Below are positions 43,668 through 56,790 of a DNA stretch of 64,000 nt, piece after piece (the stretch's first letter is position 1; each line of letters begins with the position of its first letter). This DNA is from Ottowia sp. (GTDB lineage Bacteria > Pseudomonadota > Gammaproteobacteria > Burkholderiales > Burkholderiaceae_C), in the NCBI GenBank assembly GCA_023228705.1, contig JALOAS010000004.1:1042-65041 (forward strand), read 5' to 3'. The notes beneath the pieces are model-generated. The model was given only the letters and a program-made list of their open reading frames with translations, was not told the origin of the DNA and did no database searches. Both the position numbers and the translations under genes were made by a program.

Positions 43668-45155
43668 TCAGGTCGCCAGCATCTGCGCAGCGGCCCGTGC
43701 GCACAATGCCATCAGCCCGCCGGGCACCAGCCCCAGGACAAGCAGTGCCAGGCCGTTGAGCGAGAGCACGCCGCGCATGTCCAGCGGCACGTTGATGCTG
43801 AAGGTGCTGGCCGGCTCGTCAAAATACATGACCTTGATCACGCGGATGTAGTAGAACGCGCCCACCAGCGACATGACCACGGCAAACACCGCAAGGCCTA
43901 TGTACATGGGCAGCCCGGTGTTGACGAGCGCCTGCAGGATGGCCAGCTTGGCCTGGAAGCCGATGAACGGCGGAAATCCGGTCAGCGACAGCATGCAGAT
44001 GGCCATGATGCCGGCGTACAGCGGGTGATGCTTGTTGAGGCCGGCAAAGTCGGCGATCTGGTCGCTCTCGAATCCTTCGCGCGCCAGCAGCATGACGATG
44101 CCAAAGCTCACCAGCGTTGCCAGCACGTACGCCACGACGTAGAACATGGCCGAGCCGTACGCGTTGGCCGCCAGCGTGGTGTCGCTGCCGACCACGCCGG
44201 ACATGAGCCCCAGCAGCACGAACCCCATGTGAGAGATCGCCGAGTACGCCAGCATGCGCTTGATGTTGGTCTGCGCAATGGCCACGACGTTTCCGAGCAG
44301 CAGCGAGCCCACGGCCATGATGCCGAGCATGGGCTGCCAGTCCAGCGCCAGCGGCAGCAGGCCCTCGACCAGCAGGCGCACGGCCAGCGCAAACCCGGCC
44401 AGCTCCGGCGCCGCGCCGAGCAGCAGCGTCACTGCGGTGGGCGCGCCGTCGTAGACGTCGGGCACCCACATGTGGAACGGCACCGAGCTCAACTTGAACG
44501 CCAGGCCGGAAACGACGAAGACCGTTCCCAGGATCAGCACGCGCGTGTCGGCGGCGCCCGACTGCACGGCGTGGAAGACTTCACCGATATTCAAGGTGCC
44601 GGTGGCGCCGTAGAGCATGGACAGGCCATACAGCAGGAAGCCCGAGGCCATGGCGCCCAGGACGAAGTACTTCATGGCCGCTTCGGTCGAGCGCACCTGA
44701 TGGCGCCACAGCGCCACCAGCGTGTAGCTGGCCAGCGACAGCAGTTCCAGCCCGAGGTAGATGGTCAGGAAGTTGTTGGCCGAGATGATGATAAAGATGC
44801 CGAGCAGCAGCAGCAGCCCCAGTGCATACCATTCGCCGCCGCGCAGCATGTCGCGGTCTAGAACGTAGGTGCGTCCGTAGATGAACGTGACCAGCAGCGC
44901 CAGCGCCGAGAAACACTTGAGCCAGTTGGCCATGACGTCCGAGACGACCATGCCGCCAAAGCCGTAGACCGTCTGCCCGCCCACCGCGTACGAGGCGGTC
45001 AGCAGCGCCAGCACCAGCAGCGTCAGCAGCGACAGGTAGTACGCCAGCAGCCGCCCCGGACGCTTGTCGAACAGGTCGAGCAGGAGGATGGCGCAGGCCA
45101 TCACCAGCAGCACGATCTCCGGATAGATTGCAATCCAGCTGAGGCGATCAATCAT
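43668..45155 (-). CDS. nuoN: NADH-quinone oxidoreductase subunit N
   Basis: 495-aa polytopic antiporter-like subunit, last gene of the nuo array. Confidence 0.93.
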   Translation of the reverse strand: MIDRLSWIAIYPEIVLLVMACAILLLDLFDKRPGRLLAYYLSLLTLLVLALLTASYAVGGQTVYGFGGMVVSDVMANWLKCFSALALLVTFIYGRTYVLDRDMLRGGEWYALGLLLLLGIFIIISANNFLTIYLGLELLSLASYTLVALWRHQVRSTEAAMKYFVLGAMASGFLLYGLSMLYGATGTLNIGEVFHAVQSGAADTRVLILGTVFVVSGLAFKLSSVPFHMWVPDVYDGAPTAVTLLLGAAPELAGFALAVRLLVEGLLPLALDWQPMLGIMAVGSLLLGNVVAIAQTNIKRMLAYSAISHMGFVLLGLMSGVVGSDTTLAANAYGSAMFYVVAYVLATLVSFGIVMLLAREGFESDQIADFAGLNKHHPLYAGIMAICMLSLTGFPPFIGFQAKLAILQALVNTGLPMYIGLAVFAVVMSLVGAFYYIRVIKVMYFDEPASTFSINVPLDMRGVLSLNGLALLVLGLVPGGLMALCARAAAQMLAT

Positions 45156-45168
45156 TTGCCCACACCCT

Positions 45169-46647
45169 TCAGTTCAGCTTGGTCATGTGCACCTGGTCCA
45201 CCAGATGCGCCACCGACGGATCCATGAGGTTGGTGAAGAAGGCAGGGTACAGGCCCAGCCAGAGCACCGTCACCGCCAGGATGGCCATGATGAAATATTC
45301 ACGCGCGTTGATGTCGGACATGCCGGCGACCTTCTCGTTGCCCACCGCGCCAAAATACACGCGCTTGAACATCCACAGGCCGTAGCCCGCGCTGGAGATG
45401 AGCGCCGTCGCGGTGAGCAGCCCGATCCAGAAGTTGACCTTGATCGAAGCCAGGATGACCATCCACTCGCCGACAAAGCCGGAGGTGCCGGGCAGGCCGC
45501 TGTTGGCCATGAAGAACAGCAGCGCAAAGAAACCGAATTTGGGCATGGAATTGATGACACCACCATAGGCCGCGATGTCGCGCGTGTGCAGCCTGTCGTA
45601 CAGCACGCCTATGCACAGGAACATGGCGCCCGAGACAAAACCGTGCGAGATCATCTGCACGATGCCGCCGGAGATGCCCAGGTCGCTGAAGAGGAAGAAC
45701 CCCAGCGTGACAAAGCCCATGTGCGCCACCGACGAGTACGCCACCAGCCGCTTCATGTCCGGCTGGATCAGCGCCACCAGCGCGATGTAGACGATGGCCA
45801 TGAGCGACAGTGCAATGATGAGCCAGGCCCAGGCATGCGCCGCATCGGGGACGATGGGCAGGCTGAAGCGGATGAAGCCGTAGGCGCCCAGCTTGAGCAT
45901 GATCGCGGCCAGGATGACCGAGCCGCCGGTGGGCGCCTCCACGTGCGCGTCGGGCAGCCAGGTGTGGATGGGCCACATGGGCACCTTGACGGCAAAGGCG
46001 GCAAACAGGCCAAAGAAGATCAGCGTCTGGGCGGTGCTGGAGATTTCGGGCAGCAGCTGCCAGTCCAGCACGTTGAAGCTGCCGCCGGAGGCGTAGTACA
46101 GGTAGATGAACGTTACCAGCATCAGCAGCGAGCCCAGGAACGTGTACAGGAAGAACTTGATTGCCGCGTAGATGCGGTTGGGCCCGCCCCAGATGCCGAT
46201 GATGATGTACATGGGCACCAGCGTGGACTCGAACGCCATGTAGAAGAGGATGCCGTCCAGCGCCACGAACACGCCGATCATCATCCCCGAGAGGATGAGG
46301 AACGCCGCCATGTACTGGTTGACCTTGCGCTGGATCACCTCCCAGCCGGCGACCACCACGATGAACGTCATGAACGCCGTGAGCAACACGAACCAGACCG
46401 ACAACCCGTCCACGCCCAGGTGGTAGTTGATGTTGAACGTCTCTATCCACGGCACGTTCTCGACGAACTGCATCTGCGCCGACGTGGGGTCGAAGCCAAA
46501 GTAAAGCGGCAGCGTGACGGCAAAGCTGATCAGCGAGCCGACCAGCGCGACCCAGCGGACCAGGTCCACCTGTTCCTCCTTGTTGAGGAACAGCAGGATC
46601 ACGCCAAAAACGATGGGCGTCCAAATCGAAAGGCTCAGCCACGCCAT
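45169..46647 (-). CDS. nuoM: NADH-quinone oxidoreductase subunit M
   Basis: 492-aa antiporter-like subunit located between nuoL and nuoN. Confidence 0.93.
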   Translation of the reverse strand: MAWLSLSIWTPIVFGVILLFLNKEEQVDLVRWVALVGSLISFAVTLPLYFGFDPTSAQMQFVENVPWIETFNINYHLGVDGLSVWFVLLTAFMTFIVVVAGWEVIQRKVNQYMAAFLILSGMMIGVFVALDGILFYMAFESTLVPMYIIIGIWGGPNRIYAAIKFFLYTFLGSLLMLVTFIYLYYASGGSFNVLDWQLLPEISSTAQTLIFFGLFAAFAVKVPMWPIHTWLPDAHVEAPTGGSVILAAIMLKLGAYGFIRFSLPIVPDAAHAWAWLIIALSLMAIVYIALVALIQPDMKRLVAYSSVAHMGFVTLGFFLFSDLGISGGIVQMISHGFVSGAMFLCIGVLYDRLHTRDIAAYGGVINSMPKFGFFALLFFMANSGLPGTSGFVGEWMVILASIKVNFWIGLLTATALISSAGYGLWMFKRVYFGAVGNEKVAGMSDINAREYFIMAILAVTVLWLGLYPAFFTNLMDPSVAHLVDQVHMTKLN

Positions 46648-46675
46648 GTGTTGATTCCCGTTTCTGTTCTTCTGC

Positions 46676-48673
46676 TCAGGCGAGCCAGATGAAGTACGAC
46701 ATCAGGACGAAGACGCCCAGCACCATGACCAGTGCGTAGTGGTACAGGTAGCCCGACTGGAACCAGCGGGTGACGCCGGCCGTCCAGCCCACCAGGCGCC
46801 AGGACGCGTTGACGATGCCGGTCTCGATGATGCCGCGGTCGCCGCCGTGGTACAGGCCGCGCCCCACCAGCCGCGCGGCCCCGGCGCCGACGTTGATCCA
46901 CAGCCAGTCCATGTAGTACTTGTTGACCAGCACGTTGTAGACCGGCTGGATGGCCCTGGCGATGCGCGCCGGCAGGCCCGGGTTGACGATGTAGCAGTAC
47001 CAGGCCACCAGCACGCCGGCCAGCATGAGGTAGAGCGGCAGGCCGACAAAGGCCTCCAGCGCCATGGCACCGGGGCCAACGATGGCGTCGCGCAGCTCGG
47101 TCATGGCCGGGTGTTGCGCCAAGTTGACGAAGATGGAGTCGTCAAACAGGCTGCCAAAAAGCACCGGCATCATGGTGAAGAAGCCCACGCCCACCGACAG
47201 CACCGCCAGGATGATCAGCGGCACCGTCACCACCCTGGGCGACTCCTTGGGATGGCAGGGCTCCTGCCTGCCGGCGATCACCTCCGGGTCCTGGTCCCAG
47301 CGCGGCTTGCCCATGAAGACCAGGAAATACTCGCGGAACGCGTACACCGCCGTGATGAAGACGCCGGCCGTGACCGCAAACGAGGCAAAGCCGGCCGCTG
47401 GCAGGTGGCTGGCGTGCGAAGCGTGGATGATGGCGTCCTTGGAATAAAAGCCCGAGAACAGCGGCACTGCGACCAGCGCAAAAGTTGCCAGCAGGAACGT
47501 GATCGAGGTGATGGGCATGTACTTGTGCAGGCCGCCCATCCAGCGCATGTCCTTGCTGTGGTGCATGGCGATGATGACCGAGCCCGAACCCAGGAACAGC
47601 AGCGCCTTGAAGAAAGCATGCGTCATCAGGTGGAAGATCGCCGCCGAATACGCCGACACGCCCAGCGCCACCGTCATGTAGCCCAGCTGCGACAGCGTGG
47701 AATAGGCAATGACCTTCTTGATATCGTTGCTGACGATGCCCAGGATGCCCATGAACAGCGCCGTGATGCCGCCGATGACGAGGATGAAGTTCAGCGCCAC
47801 GTCTGACAGCTCGAACAACGGCGACATGCGCGCGACCATGAAGATGCCGGCCGTGACCATGGTTGCCGCGTGTATCAGCGCCGAGATGGGCGTGGGGCCT
47901 TCCATGGAGTCGGGCAGCCATACGTGCAGCGGAAACTGTGCCGACTTGCCCATGGCGCCTATGAACAGGAAGATGCATATCGCGGTGATCAGCATCCAGC
48001 TGGTGCCGGGCAGGATGACGCCCGCCAACCCTTCCACCTGGGCAAAGACCTCGCCGTAGTTGACCGTGCCGGCGTAGGCATAGATCAAGGCAATGCCGAT
48101 GATGAAGCCGAAGTCACCCACGCGGTTCACCATGAATGCCTTGAAGTTGGCAAACACTGCAGCCTCGCGGTCAAACCAGAAGCCAATCAGCAGGTACGAC
48201 ACCAGCCCCACCGCCTCCCAGCCAAAGAAAAGCTGCAGGAAGTTGTTGCTCATGCACAGCATGAGCATGGAAAAGGTGAACAGCGAGATGTACGAGAAAA
48301 ACCGGTTGTAGCCCGGGTCGCCGTCCATGTAGCCTATGGTGTAGACGTGCACCAGCAAGGACACCGATGTGACCACCACCATCATCAGCGCGGTCAGCCC
48401 GTCGACCAGGAAGCCCACTTCCATCCTGAAGTCGCCCACCACCATCCACTCGTAGATGGTGGCGTCGAAGCGGGCGCCGTTGGTCACCTGCAGCAGCACG
48501 TAGCACGAGAGCAGGAACGACAGGAACACGCCCAGGATGGTGACCCAATGGCTGGCGCGGCGGCCAATGCGGTTGCCGACCAGCGCGGTGCCGGGGAAGC
48601 CGGCGATGAGGCAGCCCAGCAGCGGCAGCAGCGGCACGGCCAGCAGGGTGGCGGGAGATAGCGTCGGTGTCAT
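46676..48673 (-). CDS. nuoL: NADH-quinone oxidoreductase subunit L
   Basis: 665-aa antiporter-like subunit with a long C-terminal lateral helix region. Confidence 0.93.
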   Translation of the reverse strand: MTPTLSPATLLAVPLLPLLGCLIAGFPGTALVGNRIGRRASHWVTILGVFLSFLLSCYVLLQVTNGARFDATIYEWMVVGDFRMEVGFLVDGLTALMMVVVTSVSLLVHVYTIGYMDGDPGYNRFFSYISLFTFSMLMLCMSNNFLQLFFGWEAVGLVSYLLIGFWFDREAAVFANFKAFMVNRVGDFGFIIGIALIYAYAGTVNYGEVFAQVEGLAGVILPGTSWMLITAICIFLFIGAMGKSAQFPLHVWLPDSMEGPTPISALIHAATMVTAGIFMVARMSPLFELSDVALNFILVIGGITALFMGILGIVSNDIKKVIAYSTLSQLGYMTVALGVSAYSAAIFHLMTHAFFKALLFLGSGSVIIAMHHSKDMRWMGGLHKYMPITSITFLLATFALVAVPLFSGFYSKDAIIHASHASHLPAAGFASFAVTAGVFITAVYAFREYFLVFMGKPRWDQDPEVIAGRQEPCHPKESPRVVTVPLIILAVLSVGVGFFTMMPVLFGSLFDDSIFVNLAQHPAMTELRDAIVGPGAMALEAFVGLPLYLMLAGVLVAWYCYIVNPGLPARIARAIQPVYNVLVNKYYMDWLWINVGAGAARLVGRGLYHGGDRGIIETGIVNASWRLVGWTAGVTRWFQSGYLYHYALVMVLGVFVLMSYFIWLA

Positions 48674-48703
48674 GTTGTTTCCCGATTGGCAAGCATCGTC
48701 AGC

Positions 48704-48865
48704 TCACCGGACGACAGATGACCTTGACCCATGAAGGTTTGGCGTCAGGCGTTGCGCGTTGCGCGTGGTGGGCATGCGCTGGACGCTGGACGCAATTCGC
48801 TCGACCTCATCGATCATCAAAGCGACAGCGGGGTCATCGGTCATGCGCTTGGGTGTGCTGAGCAT
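48704..48865 (-). CDS. hypothetical 53-aa ORF in the nuoK-nuoL spacer (tentative)
   Basis: Hand-translated, since it is below the ORF-track length cutoff: MLSTPKRMTDDPAVALMIDEVERIASSVQRMPTTRNAQRLTPNLHGSRSSVVR. The RBS (ggaaac) is weak. Third-position GC is about 74% by hand count. I recognise no homology. Confidence 0.2.
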   Translation of the reverse strand: MLSTPKRMTDDPAVALMIDEVERIASSVQRMPTTRNAQRLTPNLHGSRSSVVR

Positions 48866-48908
48866 CGTTTCCAATCAGATGTTTGTTTTCTTCGATTCAG
48901 GCGCTCTG

Positions 48909-49217
48909 CTAGCCGCGCAGCGTGTTGAGTTCGTCCACGTTGATGTTCGACTGGTTGCGGAACAGCAGCATCAGGATGGCCAGGCCTATGGCCGCCTCGG
49001 CGGCGGCCACCGTCAGGATGAAGAACACGAACACCTGTCCGTGCAAGTCGCCCAGGTAAGCCGAGAACGCCACGAAATTGATGTTCACCGCCAGCAGGAT
49101 GAGCTCGATCGCCATGAGCAGGACGATCAGGTTCTTGCGGTTCATGAAGATGCCGACCATGGCAATGGCAAACAGGATGCCCGCCACGGTCAGGTAATGC
49201 GCCAGGCTGACGGTCAT
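48909..49217 (-). CDS. nuoK: NADH-quinone oxidoreductase subunit K
   Basis: 102 aa with 3 TM helices. 4-nt overlap with nuoJ. Confidence 0.93.
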   Translation of the reverse strand: MTVSLAHYLTVAGILFAIAMVGIFMNRKNLIVLLMAIELILLAVNINFVAFSAYLGDLHGQVFVFFILTVAAAEAAIGLAILMLLFRNQSNINVDELNTLRG

Positions 49218-49888
49218 GATGCACCCTCCTGCGCCGTGCTGTCGGCATCGCCAGCTGGCGCCGCCGGCGCCCGCCGCACGGTCGCCACGTTGACCAGCCG
49301 GACGCGGTCCCGGGGCTGCACGCGCAGCTGCAACCCAGGTTCTATGGCCTTGTTGTCCTTGCGCTTGCGCAGCGTCAGCGCAATCGCGGCGATCATGGCC
49401 ACCAGCAGGATGGTCACGACCACCTCAAGCGGGAACAGGTACTCGGTGTAGATCAGGCGGCCCAGTTCTGCCGTATTGGAGTGCTGTGCGATGAACCCTG
49501 CCGCGTCAGGCACGGCAGCGCCTGCTGCGGGCGCCTCGACGCTGTGGAAGCCGCCGATGACGACGATGGCCAACTCGATGGAGATCAGCCCGCCCACGAC
49601 CAGCGCCAGCGGAAAGTTGCGCCAGAAACCCTGGCGCAGGCTTTCCGCGTGCGCATCCAGCATCATGACGACAAACAGGAACAGCACCATGACGGCGCCC
49701 AGGTAGACCAGGACCAGGATGATGGCCAGGAATTCCGCGCGCAGCAGCAGCCACAGGCCGGTGGCCTGCGAGAAGGTCAGCATCAGGAACAACACGGCGT
49801 GCACCGGGTTGCGCACCGTCACGACGCGAAACGCCGACAGCAGCATGACCGCCGAGAACAGGTAGAAGAAAAAGGAGGTTGCGTCCAT
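49214..49888 (-). CDS. nuoJ: NADH-quinone oxidoreductase subunit J
   Basis: 224 aa, membrane subunit with an Ala/Pro-rich C-terminal tail. Confidence 0.9.
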   Translation of the reverse strand: MDATSFFFYLFSAVMLLSAFRVVTVRNPVHAVLFLMLTFSQATGLWLLLRAEFLAIILVLVYLGAVMVLFLFVVMMLDAHAESLRQGFWRNFPLALVVGGLISIELAIVVIGGFHSVEAPAAGAAVPDAAGFIAQHSNTAELGRLIYTEYLFPLEVVVTILLVAMIAAIALTLRKRKDNKAIEPGLQLRVQPRDRVRLVNVATVRRAPAAPAGDADSTAQEGAS

Positions 49889-49921
49889 GACTGTTGAAAA
49901 AATCGTCCGCGACGGGCCGAC

Positions 49922-50431
49922 TCAGCGGTACTGCGCATCCGCCGCGCGCGCCGCTGCAATCTCGGGCTCGTACTTGTCGCCTATGGCCAGCAGCATTTCC
50001 TTGGTGTAGTACAGGTCACCCCGCGTCTCGCCGTGAAATTCAAGGATGTGCGTCATCACGATGGAATCGGTGGGGCAGGCCTCTTCGCAGAACCCGCAAT
50101 AGATGCACTTGACGAGGTCGATATCGTAGCGCGTGGTGCGGCGCGTCCCGTCGTCGCGCTGGTGCGACTCGATGATGATGGCCAGCGCCGGGCACACCGC
50201 CTCGCACAGCTTGCAGGCAATGCAGCGTTCCTCGCCATTTTCATAGCGACGCAGCGCGTGCAGGCCGCGGAAACGCGGCGAGCGCGGGGTTTTTTCTTCC
50301 GGGTACTGAATGGTGACCTTGTTGCCCAGCGCGTAGCGGCCGGTCAACGCCATGGCCTTGAACAGCTCCCCGAGCATGAAGCTCTTGAGAAAGTTGCGCA
50401 GTGAAAACGGTTCGGCGACAAAAGAGGACAC
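49922..50431 (-). CDS. nuoI: NADH-quinone oxidoreductase subunit I
   Basis: 169 aa with two 4Fe-4S ferredoxin motifs, [12 protein letters not shown] and [12 protein letters not shown]. Confidence 0.95.
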   Translation of the reverse strand: MSSFVAEPFSLRNFLKSFMLGELFKAMALTGRYALGNKVTIQYPEEKTPRSPRFRGLHALRRYENGEERCIACKLCEAVCPALAIIIESHQRDDGTRRTTRYDIDLVKCIYCGFCEEACPTDSIVMTHILEFHGETRGDLYYTKEMLLAIGDKYEPEIAAARAADAQYR

Positions 50432-50452
50432 GATAGTGCTCCTTGCTTGGCC

Positions 50453-51535
50453 CTAGAGCCAGATGTTCCAGGGGCTGATGATCCAGGCGGCCACGACCAG
50501 CAGCCAGATCAGCGTGACCGGAATGAAGACCTTCCAGCCCAGCCGCATGATCTGGTCGTAGCGGAAACGCGGGAACGAAGCGCGGTACCAGATGAACAGG
50601 CAGACCATGGCAAAGGTCTTGAGCCCCAGCCAGATCCAGCCGGGCACCCAGGTGAACGGCGCGATGTCCAGCGGCGGCAGCCAGCCGCCCAGGAACATGA
50701 CAACGGCAAGCACCGACACCAGCCACATGTTGGCGTACTCGGCCAGGAAGAAGATGGCAAAGCCCATGCCCGAGTACTCGACCATGTGCCCGGCCACGAT
50801 CTCGGACTCGCCCTCGACCATGTCAAACGGATGGCGCGCGACCTCGGCCACGCTGGAAATCTGGTAGACGACGAAAATGGGCAGCAGCGGCAGCCAGTTC
50901 CAGGACAGGAACGACAGCCCCATGTCGGCAAACAGGCCCTGCCCCTGCCCCATCACGATGGCCGAGAGGTTGAGGCTGCCCGAGACCATGACCACCACCA
51001 GCAGGCAGAATCCCAGCGCGATCTCGTAGCTGATCATTTGCGCGGTGGCGCGCAGCGCGCCCATGAGCGCATACTTGGAGTTGGACGCCCAGCCGGCAAT
51101 GATGACCGCGTACACCTCTATGGACACGATGGCCAGCAGCAGCAGCAGGCCGGCGTTGGCGTTGGACAGCGCCACCTCGGGGCCGAAGGGAATCACGGCC
51201 CACGCCACCAGCGCCGGCGTGATCGACATCAGCGGCCCCAGGAAGAACAGCCCCTTGGCCGCTGCCGTGGGACGGATGATTTCCTTGGTCAGCAGCTTGA
51301 GCGCGTCGGCAATGGGCTGCAGCAAGCCGGCCGGGCCCACGCGGTTGGGGCCGATGCGGTCCTGCATCCAGCCCAGCAGCTTGCGCTCCCACAGCGTGAG
51401 GTACGCCACCGCACCGAGCAGCGGCAGCAGCACGGCCACGATCTTGATCAGGTTCCAGACCACCGGCCATGTGGCGCCGGTCCACCAGGCGCCGGCAAAC
51501 AGGGTCTGCCCACCGTTGTAGAAGGTATCGATCAC
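50453..51535 (-). CDS. nuoH: NADH-quinone oxidoreductase subunit H
   Basis: GTG start (VIDTFYNGG) overlapping the nuoG stop as GTGA. Contains [23 protein letters not shown]. Confidence 0.9.
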   Translation of the reverse strand: MIDTFYNGGQTLFAGAWWTGATWPVVWNLIKIVAVLLPLLGAVAYLTLWERKLLGWMQDRIGPNRVGPAGLLQPIADALKLLTKEIIRPTAAAKGLFFLGPLMSITPALVAWAVIPFGPEVALSNANAGLLLLLAIVSIEVYAVIIAGWASNSKYALMGALRATAQMISYEIALGFCLLVVVMVSGSLNLSAIVMGQGQGLFADMGLSFLSWNWLPLLPIFVVYQISSVAEVARHPFDMVEGESEIVAGHMVEYSGMGFAIFFLAEYANMWLVSVLAVVMFLGGWLPPLDIAPFTWVPGWIWLGLKTFAMVCLFIWYRASFPRFRYDQIMRLGWKVFIPVTLIWLLVVAAWIISPWNIWL

Positions 51536-53649
51536 CAGGCAGCCCCCGCTTTGCCGTCGGTCGTCAACTGCAGCGACGGCGCGCGGCGCACGATGCCATC
51601 GAGCTGGTAGATGCCGACGGGGTTGAGCGTCACGGACTGCCCGGAAACATCTATGGCTGCGTCGCTGCGGTTGTCCAGCCTGTCCTGCGCGACAAATTCG
51701 GCGTCCGCACCGCCCAGCGCGTCCAGGCGCACTTCCTCGGACGACTGGTACGCTGGCGCGCCGATCTGCATCAGGTCGCCCAGCACGCGCAGCACCTTCC
51801 AGGCCGGGCGCGTGGCGCCCAGCGGCCCGACCACCGCATGGAAGCTCTGCACGCGCGCCTCGGCGTTGATGTACGTGCCCGAGGTCTCGCTGAACGGCGA
51901 AACAGGCAGCAGCACGTCGCTGATGTCCAGGTTGGCCTTGAACGGGCTGAGCGTGACCACCATGTCGCAGCCGGTGAGCGGCACGCCACGCGTATCGGCG
52001 CCCGGTTCGCAATGCAGCAGCAGCGCCGCCTTGAGGCCGCCATCAAGCATCTGGCGTGCGTTGAGACCCTCTGTGCCGGGAACTGCAGCCACCAGCTGCG
52101 CGCCCACCGTGTTGGCGGCCTCGGTCAGGTTGCCAACGGTGGCGCTGGTGTACTCGGCAATCCAGCCCGCCAGCGCCAGCAGGCTCTCGGCCGCCGGGTG
52201 CTGCACGGCCGCGTTGCCCAGCAGCACGGCCTTGCGCTTGCCACCCAGGATGACCTGCGCCAGCGCGCGCGACGCGTCGCTGGGCGGGGCGTCCACGGGA
52301 GCAGCAATGCCCTTTTCTGCCGCCACCGCAGCCGCCACCTCCGCCAGCATGCGCGTCCAGTCACCCGGCTCGGCCACCGAGAACGCCGCCAGCGGCATGG
52401 CCCAGGCCTTGGGCCCATCGAGCATGGGCTGCGACGTCAGCGCGGCAACCTGCGCGCCGCCGTCACGCACGGCACGGCGGATGCGCGCGGCAAACAGGGG
52501 ATGGTCCTTGCGCAGGTTGCCGCCTATGACCAGTACCGAATCCAGCTCGGCCAGCGCGGCAATGGAGCTGCCCAGCCAGCGGATGCCCTCGTGGGCGACG
52601 AACTGGCTGTTGCGCAGCCGGTAGTCGATATTCTGGCTGCCCAGCCCATGGATGAGCTGGCGCATCAGGAACAGCTCCTCCAGCGTGCTGTGCGGGCTCA
52701 CCAGTGCACCGATGGCGCCGGCGCCGTGCTGCTCGCGGATACCGGCCAGGCCGTTGGCCACGTACTCCAGCGCCGTCTGCCAGTCCACTTCCTGCCACGC
52801 CCCGCCCTGCTTGAGCATGGGCTGCGTCAGCCGCTCGTCGCTGTTCAGCGCCTCGTAGGAAAAGCGGTCGCGGTCGGCCAGCCAGCACTCATTGACCGGC
52901 TCATTTTCCAGTGCCACCACGCGCAGGACCTTGTTGTTCTTGACCTGCATCTCCATGTTGGCGCCGGTGGCGTCGTGCGGGCTGATGCTCTTGCGTCGCG
53001 CCAGCTCCCAGGTGCGCGCGGCAAACCGGAACGGCTTGCTGGTGAGCGCACCGACCGGGCAGATGTCGATCATGTTGCCCGAGAGCTCGGAGTCGACCGA
53101 CGTGCTCAGGTACGTCTGGATTTCCTCGAACTCGCCGCGGGCCACCATGCCGTATTCCCTGATGCCGCCCACTTCCTCGCCAAAGCGGACGCAGCGCGTG
53201 CAGTGGATGCAGCGCGTCATCTCGAGCATGGAAATCAGCGGGCCCGCCTCCTTGGCCGAGACCGCGCGCTTTTCCTCGATGTAGCGCGTGCCGGACCAGC
53301 CATACCCCACGGCCAGGTCCTGGAGCTGGCATTCACCGCCCTGGTCGCAGATGGGGCAATCGAGCGGGTGGTTGATGAGCAGGAACTCCATCACCACCTT
53401 TTGCGCCTTGATCGCCTTCTCGTTGTTGGTATGCACGACCATGCCGTCGGCCACCGGCATGGCGCAGGCCGGCATGATCTTGCGCTGGCCTTCTATGTCG
53501 ACCAGGCACATGCGGCAGTTGGCGGCAATCGTCAGCTTGTGGTGATAGCAAAAATGCGGGATATAGATGCCCGCCTGGCGCGCTGCCTCGATCAGCATCG
53601 TGCCTTTGGTGGTTTGCACCTTCTTGCCGTCAATTTCCAGTTCAACCAT
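51532..53649 (-). CDS. nuoG: NADH-quinone oxidoreductase subunit G
   Basis: 705 aa. N-terminal 2Fe-2S and 4Fe-4S cysteine clusters (CRMCLV..., [24 protein letters not shown]) are followed by a molybdopterin-like domain. Confidence 0.95.
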   Translation of the reverse strand: MVELEIDGKKVQTTKGTMLIEAARQAGIYIPHFCYHHKLTIAANCRMCLVDIEGQRKIMPACAMPVADGMVVHTNNEKAIKAQKVVMEFLLINHPLDCPICDQGGECQLQDLAVGYGWSGTRYIEEKRAVSAKEAGPLISMLEMTRCIHCTRCVRFGEEVGGIREYGMVARGEFEEIQTYLSTSVDSELSGNMIDICPVGALTSKPFRFAARTWELARRKSISPHDATGANMEMQVKNNKVLRVVALENEPVNECWLADRDRFSYEALNSDERLTQPMLKQGGAWQEVDWQTALEYVANGLAGIREQHGAGAIGALVSPHSTLEELFLMRQLIHGLGSQNIDYRLRNSQFVAHEGIRWLGSSIAALAELDSVLVIGGNLRKDHPLFAARIRRAVRDGGAQVAALTSQPMLDGPKAWAMPLAAFSVAEPGDWTRMLAEVAAAVAAEKGIAAPVDAPPSDASRALAQVILGGKRKAVLLGNAAVQHPAAESLLALAGWIAEYTSATVGNLTEAANTVGAQLVAAVPGTEGLNARQMLDGGLKAALLLHCEPGADTRGVPLTGCDMVVTLSPFKANLDISDVLLPVSPFSETSGTYINAEARVQSFHAVVGPLGATRPAWKVLRVLGDLMQIGAPAYQSSEEVRLDALGGADAEFVAQDRLDNRSDAAIDVSGQSVTLNPVGIYQLDGIVRRAPSLQLTTDGKAGAAW

Positions 53650-53669
53650 GAAATTCTTTCAACCGGCCT

Positions 53670-55012
<1,343 letters not shown>

Positions 55013-55016
<4 letters not shown>

Positions 55017-55540
55017 GCCTTGCCCTCCGCCGCGGTGAGCTCGGCCACCAGCTGGTCCAGCCTGTCTTCGGTCATGAAGCTGCACATGCTGCGGTCGTTG
55101 ACGATCATGACCGGCGCATCGGCGCAGGCGCCCAGGCACTCGCAGTGGGCCACCGTGAACAGGCCGTCGGCGGTGGTCTGGCCGTCTTCTATGCCCAGCT
55201 TGTCGGTCAGGTGCTTGAGCGCACGCGCCGCGCCGTGCAACTGACACGGCAGGTTGGTGCACATGTTGATCTTGTAGCGGCCCACCGGCTGCGTGTTGCA
55301 CATGTCGTAGAAGGTGGTGGCCTCGTGCACGGAAATGGGCTCTATGTCCAGGTAGCGGGCCAGGGCCTTTTCACTCTCGGGACTGATCCAGCCCTGCTCG
55401 TCCTGCACGATGGCCAGGCACGCCAGGATCGCCGAGCGGCGCTGCTCGGGCGGGTACTTGACCACTTCCTGGTCAAAGCGGGCGATGGTCGCTTCGGAAA
55501 ACCGCGCCACCGGTGCGTCGGCTACGGTGCTGATGCTCAT
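55013..55540 (-). CDS. nuoE: NADH-quinone oxidoreductase subunit E
   Basis: 175-aa thioredoxin-like 2Fe-2S subunit (CTNLPCQL...[11 protein letters not shown]). Confidence 0.93.
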
Positions 55541-56790
55541 CGGTCAATTTCTCCAAATACAACGTCCAGGCTGCCGATGATGGTCGTCACGTCGGTCATC
55601 ATGTGCCCGCGCGCCAGCTCGTCGAAGGCGGCCAGGTGCGGGAAGCCCGCGGCACGTATCTTCAGGCGGTACGGCTTGTTGGCACCGTCGCTGAGGATGT
55701 AGATGCCAAACTCGCCCTTGGGGTGCTCGATCGCCGCGTACGCCTCGCCCTCGGGCACGTACATGCCCTCGGTCGTGAGCTTGAAGTGGTGGATGAGGTC
55801 CTCCATGCCGGTCTTCATGCGCTCGCGCGGCGGCAGCGCCACCTTGTAGTTGTCGACGATGACCGGGCCCGGGTTCTCGCGCAGCCAGTCTATGCACTGC
55901 TGGATGATGCGGTTGGACTGGCGCATCTCTTCGATGCGAACCAGGTAGCGGTCGTAGCAGTCGCCGGTCTTGCCCACCGGGATGTCAAATTCCAGCTGGT
56001 CGTAGACTTCGTAAGGCTGCATGCGCCGCAGGTCCCAGGCCACGCCCGAGCCGCGCAGCATGGGGCCGGTCATGCCCAGGTTGATGGCGCGCTCGGCCGA
56101 GACCACGCCCACGCCCACGGTGCGCTGCTTCCAGATACGGTTTTCCGTGAGCAGGACCTCGTATTCATCCATGTGCTTGGGAAAGCGCTCGACGAAGTCT
56201 TGGATGAAGTCCAGCAGCGAGCCCTGGCGGTTGGCGTTGATGCGCGCCAGCGACTTGGCGCTGCGCACCTTGCTGGGCGCGTACTGCGGCATGGTGTCGG
56301 GCAGGTCGCGGTAGACGCCACCGGGGCGAAAGTACGCCGCGTGCATGCGCGCGCCGGACGCGGCCTCGTACATGTCGAACAGGTCCTCGCGCTCGCGGAA
56401 GGTGTAGATGAGCACGGTGGACGAGCCGCAGTCGTGCCCGTGCGAGCCCAGCCACATCAGGTGGTTCATGATCCGCGTGATCTCGGAGAACATGACCCGG
56501 ATGTACTGTGCCCGTATCGGCACCTCAATGCCCATCAGCTTTTCTATGGCCAGGCAGTACGCGTGCTCGTTGCTCATCATGGACACGTAGTCCAGGCGGT
56601 CCATGTACGGCAGCGACTGGATGTAGGTCTTGTGCTCGGCCAGCTTCTCGGTGGCGCGGTGCAGCAGGCCCACGTGCGGGTCTGCGCGCTGCACGACCTC
56701 GCCGTCGAACTCCAGCACCAGGCGCAGCACCCCGTGCGCGGCCGGGTGCTGCGGGCCGAAGTTGACCGTGTAGTTCTTGATTTCAGCCAT
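55537..56790 (-). CDS. nuoD: NADH-quinone oxidoreductase subunit D
   Basis: Start at [27 protein letters not shown], 417 aa. Confidence 0.95.
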   Translation of the reverse strand: MAEIKNYTVNFGPQHPAAHGVLRLVLEFDGEVVQRADPHVGLLHRATEKLAEHKTYIQSLPYMDRLDYVSMMSNEHAYCLAIEKLMGIEVPIRAQYIRVMFSEITRIMNHLMWLGSHGHDCGSSTVLIYTFREREDLFDMYEAASGARMHAAYFRPGGVYRDLPDTMPQYAPSKVRSAKSLARINANRQGSLLDFIQDFVERFPKHMDEYEVLLTENRIWKQRTVGVGVVSAERAINLGMTGPMLRGSGVAWDLRRMQPYEVYDQLEFDIPVGKTGDCYDRYLVRIEEMRQSNRIIQQCIDWLRENPGPVIVDNYKVALPPRERMKTGMEDLIHHFKLTTEGMYVPEGEAYAAIEHPKGEFGIYILSDGANKPYRLKIRAAGFPHLAAFDELARGHMMTDVTTIIGSLDVVFGEIDR

